From Desulfobacterales bacterium (lineage in GTDB: Bacteria > Desulfobacterota > Desulfobacteria > Desulfobacterales > UBA5852), in contig CAXXVS010000002.1 of the NCBI GenBank assembly GCA_963674755.2, forward strand, positions 2,016,001 to 2,080,000: a stretch of DNA of 64,000 bases, read 5' to 3'. The notes beneath the pieces were generated by a model. It did no database searches. It saw only the letters and a list, made by a program, of their open reading frames with translations, and was not told where the DNA came from. The position numbers were made by a program, and so were the translations under genes. Position 1 is the stretch's first letter; each line of letters starts with the position of its first letter. Shown piece by piece: positions 37,835-46,595 of the stretch.

Positions 37835-38872
37835 ATGGGAGAAAAAATCAAAGTCCTGATTGTCGACGATGCCGCATTTATGCGCAAAGCCATTGCCGAT
37901 GTTCTCGGTCGGGACCCGGGAATTGAAGTTGTGGGCACCGCCCGCAACGGACTTGAAGGGTTGAAAGCCATCAAAACGCTGCGGCCGGATGTCATTACCT
38001 TAGACATCGACATGCCCGTGATGGACGGCTTGACCGGCATTCGCCATATCATGATCGAATCCCCGGTTCCCATCGTCGTTCTAAGCTCGCTGTTCACCGA
38101 CGGTGCCATCACCTTCGATGCCCTGCGGCTGGGAGTTGTGGATTTCATTCCCAAACCGTCCGGGGCGGTTTCCACCGATATCGAAAAGTCCCAGAGCCAG
38201 TTGGTTGACCGCATCAAGCTGGCCAGTTCGGTGAATCTGGAAAATGTCCGTCGGGTACGCCTGCTCAACTATGACATCAATGAACGCCTGTCCGCGCGCT
38301 ATGGCTACGCGCAGCTGGACTATCTCCTGACCTTGGGCACAACCCTGAGCGGACCCAATACGGTCATCCGCCTGCTCTCCAATCTTCCGCCGCGGTTGCC
38401 CGCGGCGGTGGTGGTCGTTCAGGAAATTTCCCCCAAGATCATCACCGCCTTTGCCCGGCAGTTCGATGCCAGTGTCCCCTGGCGCGTGCGCGTGGCCGAG
38501 GACGGCATACCCATCGAGCAGGGCACCTGCTACATCAGTTCCTATGAAAGACCCGTCCGCATCCAGGCGACGGCGGAAAGCGGGCCCTGTCTGAGTCAGG
38601 TCGGTGAAGCGGCCATGCCGCTGGATCTGCTGTTTTCCTCCGCCGCCGACATATTCCACCAGAACACCATCGGGGTTCTGCTCACCGGTATCGGGGAAGA
38701 CGGCGCCCGGGGCTTCGCCCATATAAGGGAAACCGAGGGCGTGACCCTGGCGCAGGATACCCAGTGCTGCGTGTATCCCAATCTGACCCATAATGCGATC
38801 CATAGCGGCACGGTGGACATCGTGCTGGATGAATTGAAGCTGCCCCAGGCCATCGCATCGATCATGACCTGA
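37835..38872 (+). CDS. cheB: REC-CheB-like protein, catalytic Ser and His substituted
   Basis: VLIVDDAAFMR, LDIDMPVMDG; GTTLSG / VVQEIS / TGIGEDG. Confidence 0.82.
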   Translation: MGEKIKVLIVDDAAFMRKAIADVLGRDPGIEVVGTARNGLEGLKAIKTLRPDVITLDIDMPVMDGLTGIRHIMIESPVPIVVLSSLFTDGAITFDALRLGVVDFIPKPSGAVSTDIEKSQSQLVDRIKLASSVNLENVRRVRLLNYDINERLSARYGYAQLDYLLTLGTTLSGPNTVIRLLSNLPPRLPAAVVVVQEISPKIITAFARQFDASVPWRVRVAEDGIPIEQGTCYISSYERPVRIQATAESGPCLSQVGEAAMPLDLLFSSAADIFHQNTIGVLLTGIGEDGARGFAHIRETEGVTLAQDTQCCVYPNLTHNAIHSGTVDIVLDELKLPQAIASIMT

Positions 38873-38948
38873 CCGTCCCCACAGGCCTTGGATCCCCTGC
38901 GGACACCAAGCGCATGACAGGGTCCGGCCATGCTCAAAAGGAGTCTTC

Positions 38949-39911
38949 ATGATTGTCGTTTGTGAAAAGTGTCAAAGCCGATTCAAGCTGGACGAAAGCC
39001 GGATCAAGGCTTCCCGCTTCAAAGCCCGGTGCTCCCGGTGCCAGCATGTATTTTCCGCGACCAAACCGGCACCGGCCGCACCGGAAACGTCCCCGGCCGC
39101 GGCCCCTATCGTCCCGCAGGGGGAAAAACCGCCGGCCGGGGTGATTGCCGTCAGCAACCAGAAGGGCGGGGTCGCCAAGACCACCACCTGCCTGAATCTG
39201 GGTATTTCCCTGGCGATGCTGCGCAAACGGGTGTTGCTGATCGATTTCGATGTCCAGTCGAATCTGACCATTTCCCTGGGATATCAGAACATGCCGTCAT
39301 TCTATGACATGCTCAACGCCCCCCGGGAAAAGGAGGAGCGTTTTCTGATCAAAACCCAGTATACCGGCCTCTGGCTCCTGCCCTCGAACAAGAACATGGT
39401 GTTGCTGAATAAAAGATATTTCGGCGCCCCCCACTACGAATTTATTCTCCAGGAACGATTGAAAGCCCTCCGGAACCGTTTCGACTACATCCTCATCGAC
39501 ACCCCGCCTTCGATTGAATTTTTTACGTTGAATGCATTGACCGCATCGGACTTGGTCATCATCCCCACCCAGTGTGACTACCTGTCCACCCATGGTGTCG
39601 ATCAGATCCTGAAGTTGATCGATCTGGTCCGCCAGAAAACGAACCCGGCAGTCACCCCCCGCATGCTGATCACCATGTATGACGACCGGTCCACGGCCTC
39701 CCAGGTCATTTACAACAAGCTGCAGCAGCTCTACCGCGACCAGACCTTCGAAGCCCTCATTCATTACGACGACAAACTGCGGGAAGCCCAGATCATGACC
39801 ATCCCGGTGATCCACTACGACCAGGGCAGCCGGGCCGGAAAGGAATACATGGATCTGGCACAGGAAGTTCTTCAGCTGACGCCGGGAGACGCAACAGTCC
39901 ATGGGCGGTAA
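38949..39911 (+). CDS. Zn-ribbon (MJ0042-like)-ParA/Soj family ATPase
   Basis: CEKCQSRF...RCSRCQHVF; deviant Walker A NQKGGVAKTT; IDFDVQSNLT; DYILIDTPP. Confidence 0.9.
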   Translation: MIVVCEKCQSRFKLDESRIKASRFKARCSRCQHVFSATKPAPAAPETSPAAAPIVPQGEKPPAGVIAVSNQKGGVAKTTTCLNLGISLAMLRKRVLLIDFDVQSNLTISLGYQNMPSFYDMLNAPREKEERFLIKTQYTGLWLLPSNKNMVLLNKRYFGAPHYEFILQERLKALRNRFDYILIDTPPSIEFFTLNALTASDLVIIPTQCDYLSTHGVDQILKLIDLVRQKTNPAVTPRMLITMYDDRSTASQVIYNKLQQLYRDQTFEALIHYDDKLREAQIMTIPVIHYDQGSRAGKEYMDLAQEVLQLTPGDATVHGR

Positions 39912-40968
39912 GCCGATAATGGGAGCCCTGTGGCAGTGGGCGGCGCTGCTGATGGCCCTCTTGGCGGCCCTGCAATTCGCTGCGAGCGCTGCCGCGGAAA
40001 CCCGCTTGGAGGGACCGATCCGGCAGGATCAGATCTGGGACCAGGGGCAAAGCCCGTATCGTATCGCAGGCGTGTTGTCCGTGGAGAGGAACGCCACCGT
40101 GACCGTTACGCCCGGCGTGGTGGTACGCTTCGAGAAAGACAGCAGCATCGATGTCAAAGGCTCCCTAATGGCCGATCATGCCGTCTTCGACGGGATGGAA
40201 GACCTCTACAATCATGAAAAAATACGCTTCCATCCCGGAAGTCAGGGGCGCCTGAGCCATTGCGTTGCGCAAAACCTGGCACTTGAAATTCACACCAGCG
40301 AAGCCATGATTACCGGCAGCGTCATCTCCAACCGCAACGGCAGCGGGATTACCGTTGGCAAAACCAGCCGGCCGGCCATCTTTCACAATGACTTTACGCA
40401 CAACAGCTACTATGCCGTCTACAAGGAGGGCCATGATATCCTCCACGCGCCTAACAATTACTGGGGGGCGGCCGACGGTCCTTCCGGCACCGGCCCGGGT
40501 ACAGGGGATGCCGTCAATACCGCTGTCGATTTCCTGCCCTTCGCGTCCGCCGACATGGGGGAGCACCTCGTCTTGCTGGAAAGGCGTCTGGACCACACCA
40601 CCGCCCAACCGGGTGCTAATGTCACGTTAACCTATGTCATTGCGAACCTTAACAGCTTTGACCATGACGTCATTCTGGGGGCATCCATTTACAGCGACCC
40701 GGCACGGCATATTCACAGCCCTTCTCACGATCTGGCGGTGACGATCAAGCCCGGGGTCCATCGGGTGACCCGCGCCTTCACCATTCCACCGGATGCGGCC
40801 CTAGGATACTACACCATGCTGTGGGGCGTAATGAAGGCCGACCTCTCCGCCTATTTCGTCCTGCAAAAAGATCCCGATCGATTGAACGTCGCGGCGGTTG
40901 CCGCCACGGAGCCACCCCCGGCCGAATCGCCGGGATGGGCACCGATAAAACCATCGCTGCCGTATTAA
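39901..40968 (+). CDS. Exported protein with a parallel beta-helix-like region and a C-terminal Ig-like region
   Basis: Signal peptide; W...SPYRI.G...V.....VTPGVVVRF and APNNYWGAADGP motifs. Start may be 39919. Confidence 0.65.
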   Translation: MGGKPIMGALWQWAALLMALLAALQFAASAAAETRLEGPIRQDQIWDQGQSPYRIAGVLSVERNATVTVTPGVVVRFEKDSSIDVKGSLMADHAVFDGMEDLYNHEKIRFHPGSQGRLSHCVAQNLALEIHTSEAMITGSVISNRNGSGITVGKTSRPAIFHNDFTHNSYYAVYKEGHDILHAPNNYWGAADGPSGTGPGTGDAVNTAVDFLPFASADMGEHLVLLERRLDHTTAQPGANVTLTYVIANLNSFDHDVILGASIYSDPARHIHSPSHDLAVTIKPGVHRVTRAFTIPPDAALGYYTMLWGVMKADLSAYFVLQKDPDRLNVAAVAATEPPPAESPGWAPIKPSLPY

Positions 40969-41011
40969 GGGACCACCCCATGCACGAGCACGAAACAGGT
41001 CCTCAGAATCG

Positions 41012-41638
41012 ATGAAATCGCAATCAAAATACTCTTTGCAGCGCACCATGATGGTCTATTTCCTGCTCATCGGATTTGCCGTCCTGCTCGTCGGCCTTGA
41101 ATTTATCGTCGAAACCCAGGGGGAAGACATGCGCCAAGCTTTTCTTACGCGGCTCTCCGCTCCCGCGGCGGATTCGGCCCAGCAGGAGGTATTGCTGCAA
41201 CCCCTGGCCCATCTGCGCAACAAGGCGATTCTGGTAATAGCCATCATCATGGTCGTCATTCTGATTGTCATGACCATGTTCATGAAGCACATCACGGAAC
41301 CCCTGCAGCACATGATTGCCGCCTCCCGCAAGATATCCGGCGGCGACCTCAGCCAAACGATCCGGATCGAGGGCAACAACGAATTGGCCGAATTGGGCGG
41401 CGTCATCAATGAGATGTCCAGCAACCTGCAGGAAATCATCCATATGTCCCGCCATGTCTGTGAAGCTGGCGAAGCATTGCTGTCGACGGTAGACAAGGTT
41501 CCGTCCAAGCTGGAACCCGCCGCCCAAAATAAATCGCAACGGCAGACGGAGCTGGATCGCTTCCGTGCGGAGCTGGGCGTACTGCAAACAGCGCTGAAGT
41601 GCTTTCGCTTTTACGTCATCCCGGAGTCGAAGACATGA
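41012..41638 (+). CDS. Two-TM HAMP-domain protein with no output domain
   Basis: Two TM helices; HAMP ITEPLQHM...GGDLS...NELAELG..IN. Confidence 0.8.
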   Translation: MKSQSKYSLQRTMMVYFLLIGFAVLLVGLEFIVETQGEDMRQAFLTRLSAPAADSAQQEVLLQPLAHLRNKAILVIAIIMVVILIVMTMFMKHITEPLQHMIAASRKISGGDLSQTIRIEGNNELAELGGVINEMSSNLQEIIHMSRHVCEAGEALLSTVDKVPSKLEPAAQNKSQRQTELDRFRAELGVLQTALKCFRFYVIPESKT

Positions 41639-42393
41639 GCGATGTCTGGCTCGCGCTGCCCACCGGGATCGGCATTGCCGCGGTGGCTTCGGCCGTGGGG
41701 ATTGGCGGAGGAATTCTCTGGATGCCCTTTTTGTTGATCATGTTGCGCATGAAACCGGAAACGGCGGTCCTGTCCTCGCTCATCATCCAGAGCGCCGGCA
41801 TGGGCTCGGGAACCGCCGCCTATAGCCGTCTGGGGCGGATCGACTATCGGCTGGCCGCGCGCCTGCTGATGATTACCGCCCCCGGTATCGCCCTCGGCGC
41901 TTATGTGACCCGGATCACCAGTCCCGCACACCTGGAGCTGATCCTGGGGCTGCTGACCCTGACCACGGCCTTTCTTTTTGTTTCATCCAACCAGCGCTAC
42001 CACGATGTCGGCCGGACGCGGATCGACCGGCAGGCGGCCACGCCTTATCTGGGTTTCATTTCTCTGCTGTCCGTCATCAGCGGCATGCTCAGTATCAGCA
42101 TCGGGGAATGGCTGATTCCCATCATGCGCAGCAAAATGGCGCTGCGTATGAGCGTGGCCGTGGCCACCAGCATCGCCACCATCTTCGGGACCTGCCTGCT
42201 GGGTGCCGCCAGTCATTCCCTGATGGGCAACGCGCCCCAGTGGAACGTGATCGGCTGGGCGGTTCCCGGCGTTTTGATCGGGGGGCAAATCGGCCCCCGC
42301 CTGGCGGAACGCATCAATGAGCGCAAACTCAAGGATCTGTTTGTATTCTTGTTGACGCTGATCGGCATTCATCTGATTTACAACGCCTTTTGA
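41635..42393 (+). CDS. TauE/SafE (sulfite exporter, TSUP) family membrane protein
   Basis: GIGGGILWMP, AVATS, GGQIGPRL repeats. ATGA overlap with the upstream gene. Confidence 0.85.
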   Translation: MSDVWLALPTGIGIAAVASAVGIGGGILWMPFLLIMLRMKPETAVLSSLIIQSAGMGSGTAAYSRLGRIDYRLAARLLMITAPGIALGAYVTRITSPAHLELILGLLTLTTAFLFVSSNQRYHDVGRTRIDRQAATPYLGFISLLSVISGMLSISIGEWLIPIMRSKMALRMSVAVATSIATIFGTCLLGAASHSLMGNAPQWNVIGWAVPGVLIGGQIGPRLAERINERKLKDLFVFLLTLIGIHLIYNAF

Positions 42394-42416
42394 GCTGACA
42401 GACAGGGGAAAAGACG

Positions 42417-43199
42417 ATGGCCAACGACATGCCCAAACCGTCCCATCCATGGAAAATGCGCCTGGTGCTGCCCTGTGCCGCCTTCGCCGGGCTCCTCCTG
42501 GTATGGGATCTCCTGGCCCGTTTTGCCGGTTGGAGCGTCGATGTCTTCCCCGGCCCACTGCAGGTCTTCATAAGCTTGGGCGAATTGATCGCCAACGGCA
42601 CCCTTATCAAGCATACCGTAGCCAGTCTTTTCCGTGTCACGGTGGGCTTCTACCTGGCCGTTCTGGGGGGCATCCCCCTGGGGATCATGTTGGGACGATG
42701 GGAAAATGCCCGTCTCCTGATCAATCCCATGATCCAGTTTCTGCGGCCCATCTCTCCTCTGGCCTGGATCCCCCTGTCCATGCTGTGGTTCGGTATCGGC
42801 GACAAACCGGCGGTCTTCCTCATATTCCTGTCCAGTTTCTTCCCGCTGGTGGTGTCCACCACCGCCACCGTCAGCGCCATCAATCCCATTTACTTCCAGG
42901 TGGGGGCCAACTTCAACTTCTCCCGCTGGGAGGTGATCACCCGCATCATCATTCCGGCCATGATGCCCGGCACCATCACCGCCCTGCGGATTTCGGTCAC
43001 CATCGCCTGGTTGGTGGTCGTGGCGGCGGAGATGATCGCCGTCCAATCCGGTCTGGGGTATCTCATCCTGGATTCACGCAACGCCCTGCGCATGGATTAT
43101 GTCATGGACGGCATGATCGTGATCGGACTGATCGGTCTCCTGCTGGATGTGATCATGCGGCGGCTGGGCCGAATCGAAGCCACCGGCTGGAACGGTTGA
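42417..43199 (+). CDS. ABC transporter permease, SsuC/TauC/NrtB-like
   Basis: LRPISPLAWIP, AWLVVVAAEM, GLGYLI. Confidence 0.92.
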   Translation: MANDMPKPSHPWKMRLVLPCAAFAGLLLVWDLLARFAGWSVDVFPGPLQVFISLGELIANGTLIKHTVASLFRVTVGFYLAVLGGIPLGIMLGRWENARLLINPMIQFLRPISPLAWIPLSMLWFGIGDKPAVFLIFLSSFFPLVVSTTATVSAINPIYFQVGANFNFSRWEVITRIIIPAMMPGTITALRISVTIAWLVVVAAEMIAVQSGLGYLILDSRNALRMDYVMDGMIVIGLIGLLLDVIMRRLGRIEATGWNG

Positions 43200-43216
43200 G
43201 GGAAGGAAGCGACCCC

Positions 43217-44014
43217 ATGGGGCATATCGTTGTCGACCATATCAGCAAATCCTACCGCAACCGGCGCCGCCGCAACCGCACCGGCGACGACCCCGATTTG
43301 CGTTATGGCGACCGAATTCTCGTGCTGGACGACATCAGCCTGGAATTCCAGGATGGTGAAATGGTCTGCATCCTCGGGCCGTCGGGATGCGGAAAGTCGA
43401 CGCTGCTCAAAATCATCGCCGGCTTCGACCGTCCCAGCGCGGGCGGCATCCTGATTGACGACCAACCGGTCACCCGCCCCGGTTCCGACCACATCTTCGT
43501 GTTTCAGCACAACGGGCTGCTGCCCTGGATGACCGTCTGGCAAAACGTCGGCCTGGGCCTGCGGCATATGACCGACCGGGAAGCCAAAGCCGAACGCATC
43601 ATGGAATTCATCGAGATGGTGGAATTGGAGAACTTCGAGCAGCACTACCCGCACCAGCTTTCCGGAGGGATGCAGCGCCGGGCGGAACTGGCCCGGGCCC
43701 TGGCCGTCAACCCCGACATCCTGATCATGGACGAACCTTTCAGCGGGCTGGATTTCCTGACCCACATGAAAATGCGGGAAGAGGTCGTCAATATGCATGA
43801 GTTTATCGGCAAGACCACCATCGTCGTCACGCACGACATCGACGACGCCCTGATCATGGGGGACCGCATCGTCGTGATGAGCGGACAGCCCTCCGTCGTC
43901 AAACTCGACCGGCAGCTCGACTTTGTCCGTCCCCGGGATTTCCAGAAAGAGCCTTCCCTCAACAAGCTGCGCAATGAGATCTTCTTTATGTTGGGAGTGC
44001 CCTATGCGGTTTAA
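43217..44014 (+). CDS. ABC transporter ATP-binding protein, SsuB/TauB/NrtD-like
   Basis: GPSGCGKST, LSGGMQRR, MDEPFSGLD, VTHDIDDA. Confidence 0.93.
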   Translation: MGHIVVDHISKSYRNRRRRNRTGDDPDLRYGDRILVLDDISLEFQDGEMVCILGPSGCGKSTLLKIIAGFDRPSAGGILIDDQPVTRPGSDHIFVFQHNGLLPWMTVWQNVGLGLRHMTDREAKAERIMEFIEMVELENFEQHYPHQLSGGMQRRAELARALAVNPDILIMDEPFSGLDFLTHMKMREEVVNMHEFIGKTTIVVTHDIDDALIMGDRIVVMSGQPSVVKLDRQLDFVRPRDFQKEPSLNKLRNEIFFMLGVPYAV

Positions 44015-45041
44015 GCTGGCCGGCAAACACAAATGGCGGTTTAGCATCGCCTGGCGCTACACGCTCCTGACCGCGGCCTGGCTGATCGCGATCACGGTGC
44101 TGCACTGCCGGTTGAACATGCCGCGCGAGGCGCGTGATCTGGTGCGCATGGGCTATATGCCGGTCGTTACAAATCTGGCGGCGCCCCTCCTGGATTATGT
44201 TTCCAAGGACAACGGGGCCTACCGCTACCAGGCCATCAAATTTTCAAGCTTCGCTGAAATGGCCGAGTCCCTGCGCAACGGCCATATCGATGCGGCCTTC
44301 ATGATCGCGCCCCTGGCGGTGGTCCTCCACCAGCAGGGGGAGGACGTGCATATCGTCTATATCGGCAACCGCCACGAGAGTACCCTGGTGGCCCGCAAGG
44401 ATCTGGCCATCCGGGATATCGGCGACCTGGCGGGCCGCACCCTGGCGGTTCCCATGCGCTTCTCCGGCCACAATCTGGGAATCCTGCGGGCCATGGACGA
44501 TCGGGGCATGCCGGGGGCCATCAACATCGTCGAGATGAACCCGCCGGACATGGCCTCGGCCCTGGCCGCAGGCGCCCTGGACGCCTATTTCGTGGGCGAG
44601 CCCTTTGCCGCCCAGACGATCGTCTCCGGCGATGCCCAGGTGGTGAATTACGTCGAAGACATCTGGCCCCAATTCATTTGCAACCTGGTGATCGTCCGTC
44701 AGGACTTCATCGGCAAGCGCCCCCGGGCCGTTCAGCAGTTGGTGCAGACCGCCATGCGCTCCGGTATTTGGGCGGAACAGCACCCGGACGAGGCCGCGGC
44801 GATCGCTTCCCGCTACTGGAACCAGCCCACGGACCTGATCCGCTACGCGCTGACCACCCCCAAGCACCGCATCCAATATCGCCACGCCGTCCCACAAGTC
44901 GCCGAAATCCAGCAACTGGCCGATCTCATGGTGCGCTTCCACCTGATTGACGACAACGACATCGCCGGCCTGGTGGACGACCGTTTCGCCCGGGCCGCCG
45001 CTCTGGACGGAATCACGGATGTGAGCAGCATTTTGCGGTAG
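44004..45041 (+). CDS. ABC transporter substrate-binding protein, SsuA/NrtA/NMT1-like
   Basis: N-terminal anchor; GHIDAAFMIAP, MNPPDMASAL..GALDAYFVGEPF. Confidence 0.88.
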   Translation: MRFKLAGKHKWRFSIAWRYTLLTAAWLIAITVLHCRLNMPREARDLVRMGYMPVVTNLAAPLLDYVSKDNGAYRYQAIKFSSFAEMAESLRNGHIDAAFMIAPLAVVLHQQGEDVHIVYIGNRHESTLVARKDLAIRDIGDLAGRTLAVPMRFSGHNLGILRAMDDRGMPGAINIVEMNPPDMASALAAGALDAYFVGEPFAAQTIVSGDAQVVNYVEDIWPQFICNLVIVRQDFIGKRPRAVQQLVQTAMRSGIWAEQHPDEAAAIASRYWNQPTDLIRYALTTPKHRIQYRHAVPQVAEIQQLADLMVRFHLIDDNDIAGLVDDRFARAAALDGITDVSSILR

Positions 45042-45294
45042 CCGGCGTTGCTGCAACATCCTGCGGGACTTACGATTATTTCGAACCCTTTCACAAGGGG
45101 AACGCGCTCTGCGAATTGGAAAATGGGAATCTCACGGATAGGCGGTCCCGGAAGCAGCCCGCCTATACCCCCCTTGACGAATCTCAATCGGGGATTACCC
45201 TATTCGCGATATGGCCCCCCCGGCGAACAGGCCCCGGGGGCATCCGTGACGCGGAACATAAACCGAACCATCTCTGCTGGTATAGCGTCCCATC

Positions 45295-45834
45295 GTGAAA
45301 ATTTCGCGACGTATAACGATGCTCATCATGGCTGGTATTTTATTGACCGGCTGCTCTTCCGACAAAAGCTGGCGCACTGCCAGCCGTGCGTCGGCCGGGC
45401 TCGCGCCTGACCCGGCCGTCACCCCGGAAGCCGTTCTGCAAGTCTATGGGGCCGATGCCTGGGGTTGGCGGGGCTGGTTTGCGATCCACACCTGGATCGC
45501 TGCCAAACGCACCGGCGAAGACCGCTACACGGTTTACGATGTGGTCGGCTGGCGCAGCCGCCATGGCCAGCCGGTGGTGCGAATCGTCCAGGACATCCCC
45601 GATCGTTACTGGTACGGTGCCAAACCCCGGGTTCTGCAAAAACGCCAGGGGCCGGGCGTGGACGCGCTCATTGATGCCGTGGACCGGGCGGCCCGCGCTT
45701 ATCCCTGGAAAGATACTTACACCCTCTTTCCGGGTCCCAACAGCAACACCTTCACCGCCTGGATCGCCAAACAAGTGCCGGAACTGGAGCTGAAACTGCC
45801 CTTTTCCGCCATCGGCAGCGGCTATGTGAATTAG
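45295..45834 (+). CDS. DUF3750-like lipoprotein
   Basis: Lipobox LTGC; SWRTASR.SAG.APDP, FAIHTWIA, PGPNSNTF. Confidence 0.78.
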   Translation: MKISRRITMLIMAGILLTGCSSDKSWRTASRASAGLAPDPAVTPEAVLQVYGADAWGWRGWFAIHTWIAAKRTGEDRYTVYDVVGWRSRHGQPVVRIVQDIPDRYWYGAKPRVLQKRQGPGVDALIDAVDRAARAYPWKDTYTLFPGPNSNTFTAWIAKQVPELELKLPFSAIGSGYVN

Positions 45835-46103
45835 CCCGGCCCTGCCGCCCCTGATCGGCCACTTTCCGAGCCCCTTCATCCCCTGCTAACATGGATGGTC
45901 TAACCAGAGCATCGCCAACGGCATGATGCCGGCACCATGCGCTTCAGGCTGTTCCCGATTTCAAATGGCGGATGAAAACCGGCGGGCATGGGAGGTTAGC
46001 CCGTGCTCGGATGGTGCCGACCTATCGATAAAGCCATCATACCGACGTGGATAGGCGGCCGTATCAACGGCGTAACGTTTCTCAAACCGGACAGGAGGCA
46101 GAC

Positions 46104-46577
46104 ATGAACCGCATCAAAAACATTGCCTTGGTCGCCCATGACAATCGCAAGCGTGACCTGATGGAGTGGGTGGAGTGGAATTACGAAGTTCTGCTGGGAC
46201 ACAACCTGATTTGCACCGGCACAACCGGCCGCCAACTGGAAGAAACCCTGGAAAAGAAAATAGCGATCGAAAAATCGCCGGGAATCCTTAGAGGAATCAC
46301 CCTGCTTAAATCAGGCCCATTAGGGGGCGATCAGCAGTTGGGCTCCCTGATCACTGAAGGGCGGGTGGATATCCTGATATTCTTTTGGGACCCCATGCAG
46401 CCCCATCCCCACGATGTGGACGTCAAGGCCCTGCTGCGCATTGCGGTGGTTTACAACATCCCCATCGCCTGCAACCGCTCGTCCGCTGATTTCATCATTT
46501 CATCGCACCTGGTGGAGGAAGCCTATACCCCGGTTCTCAAGGATTACAGCGCCTATCTAGAACGCAAAATCGAGTAA
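46104..46577 (+). CDS. mgsA: Methylglyoxal synthase
   Basis: IALVAHD, TGTTG, SGPLGGDQQ, PHDVDVKALLR. Confidence 0.96.
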   Translation: MNRIKNIALVAHDNRKRDLMEWVEWNYEVLLGHNLICTGTTGRQLEETLEKKIAIEKSPGILRGITLLKSGPLGGDQQLGSLITEGRVDILIFFWDPMQPHPHDVDVKALLRIAVVYNIPIACNRSSADFIISSHLVEEAYTPVLKDYSAYLERKIE

Positions 46578-46595
46578 GGCAGGATCGGGGCGTGG

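Noticed and set aside
42449..43216. Long N-terminal extension on the ABC ATPase ORF (521 aa)
   Set aside because: Overlaps the permease in another frame; the real start is ATG 43217 with an RBS
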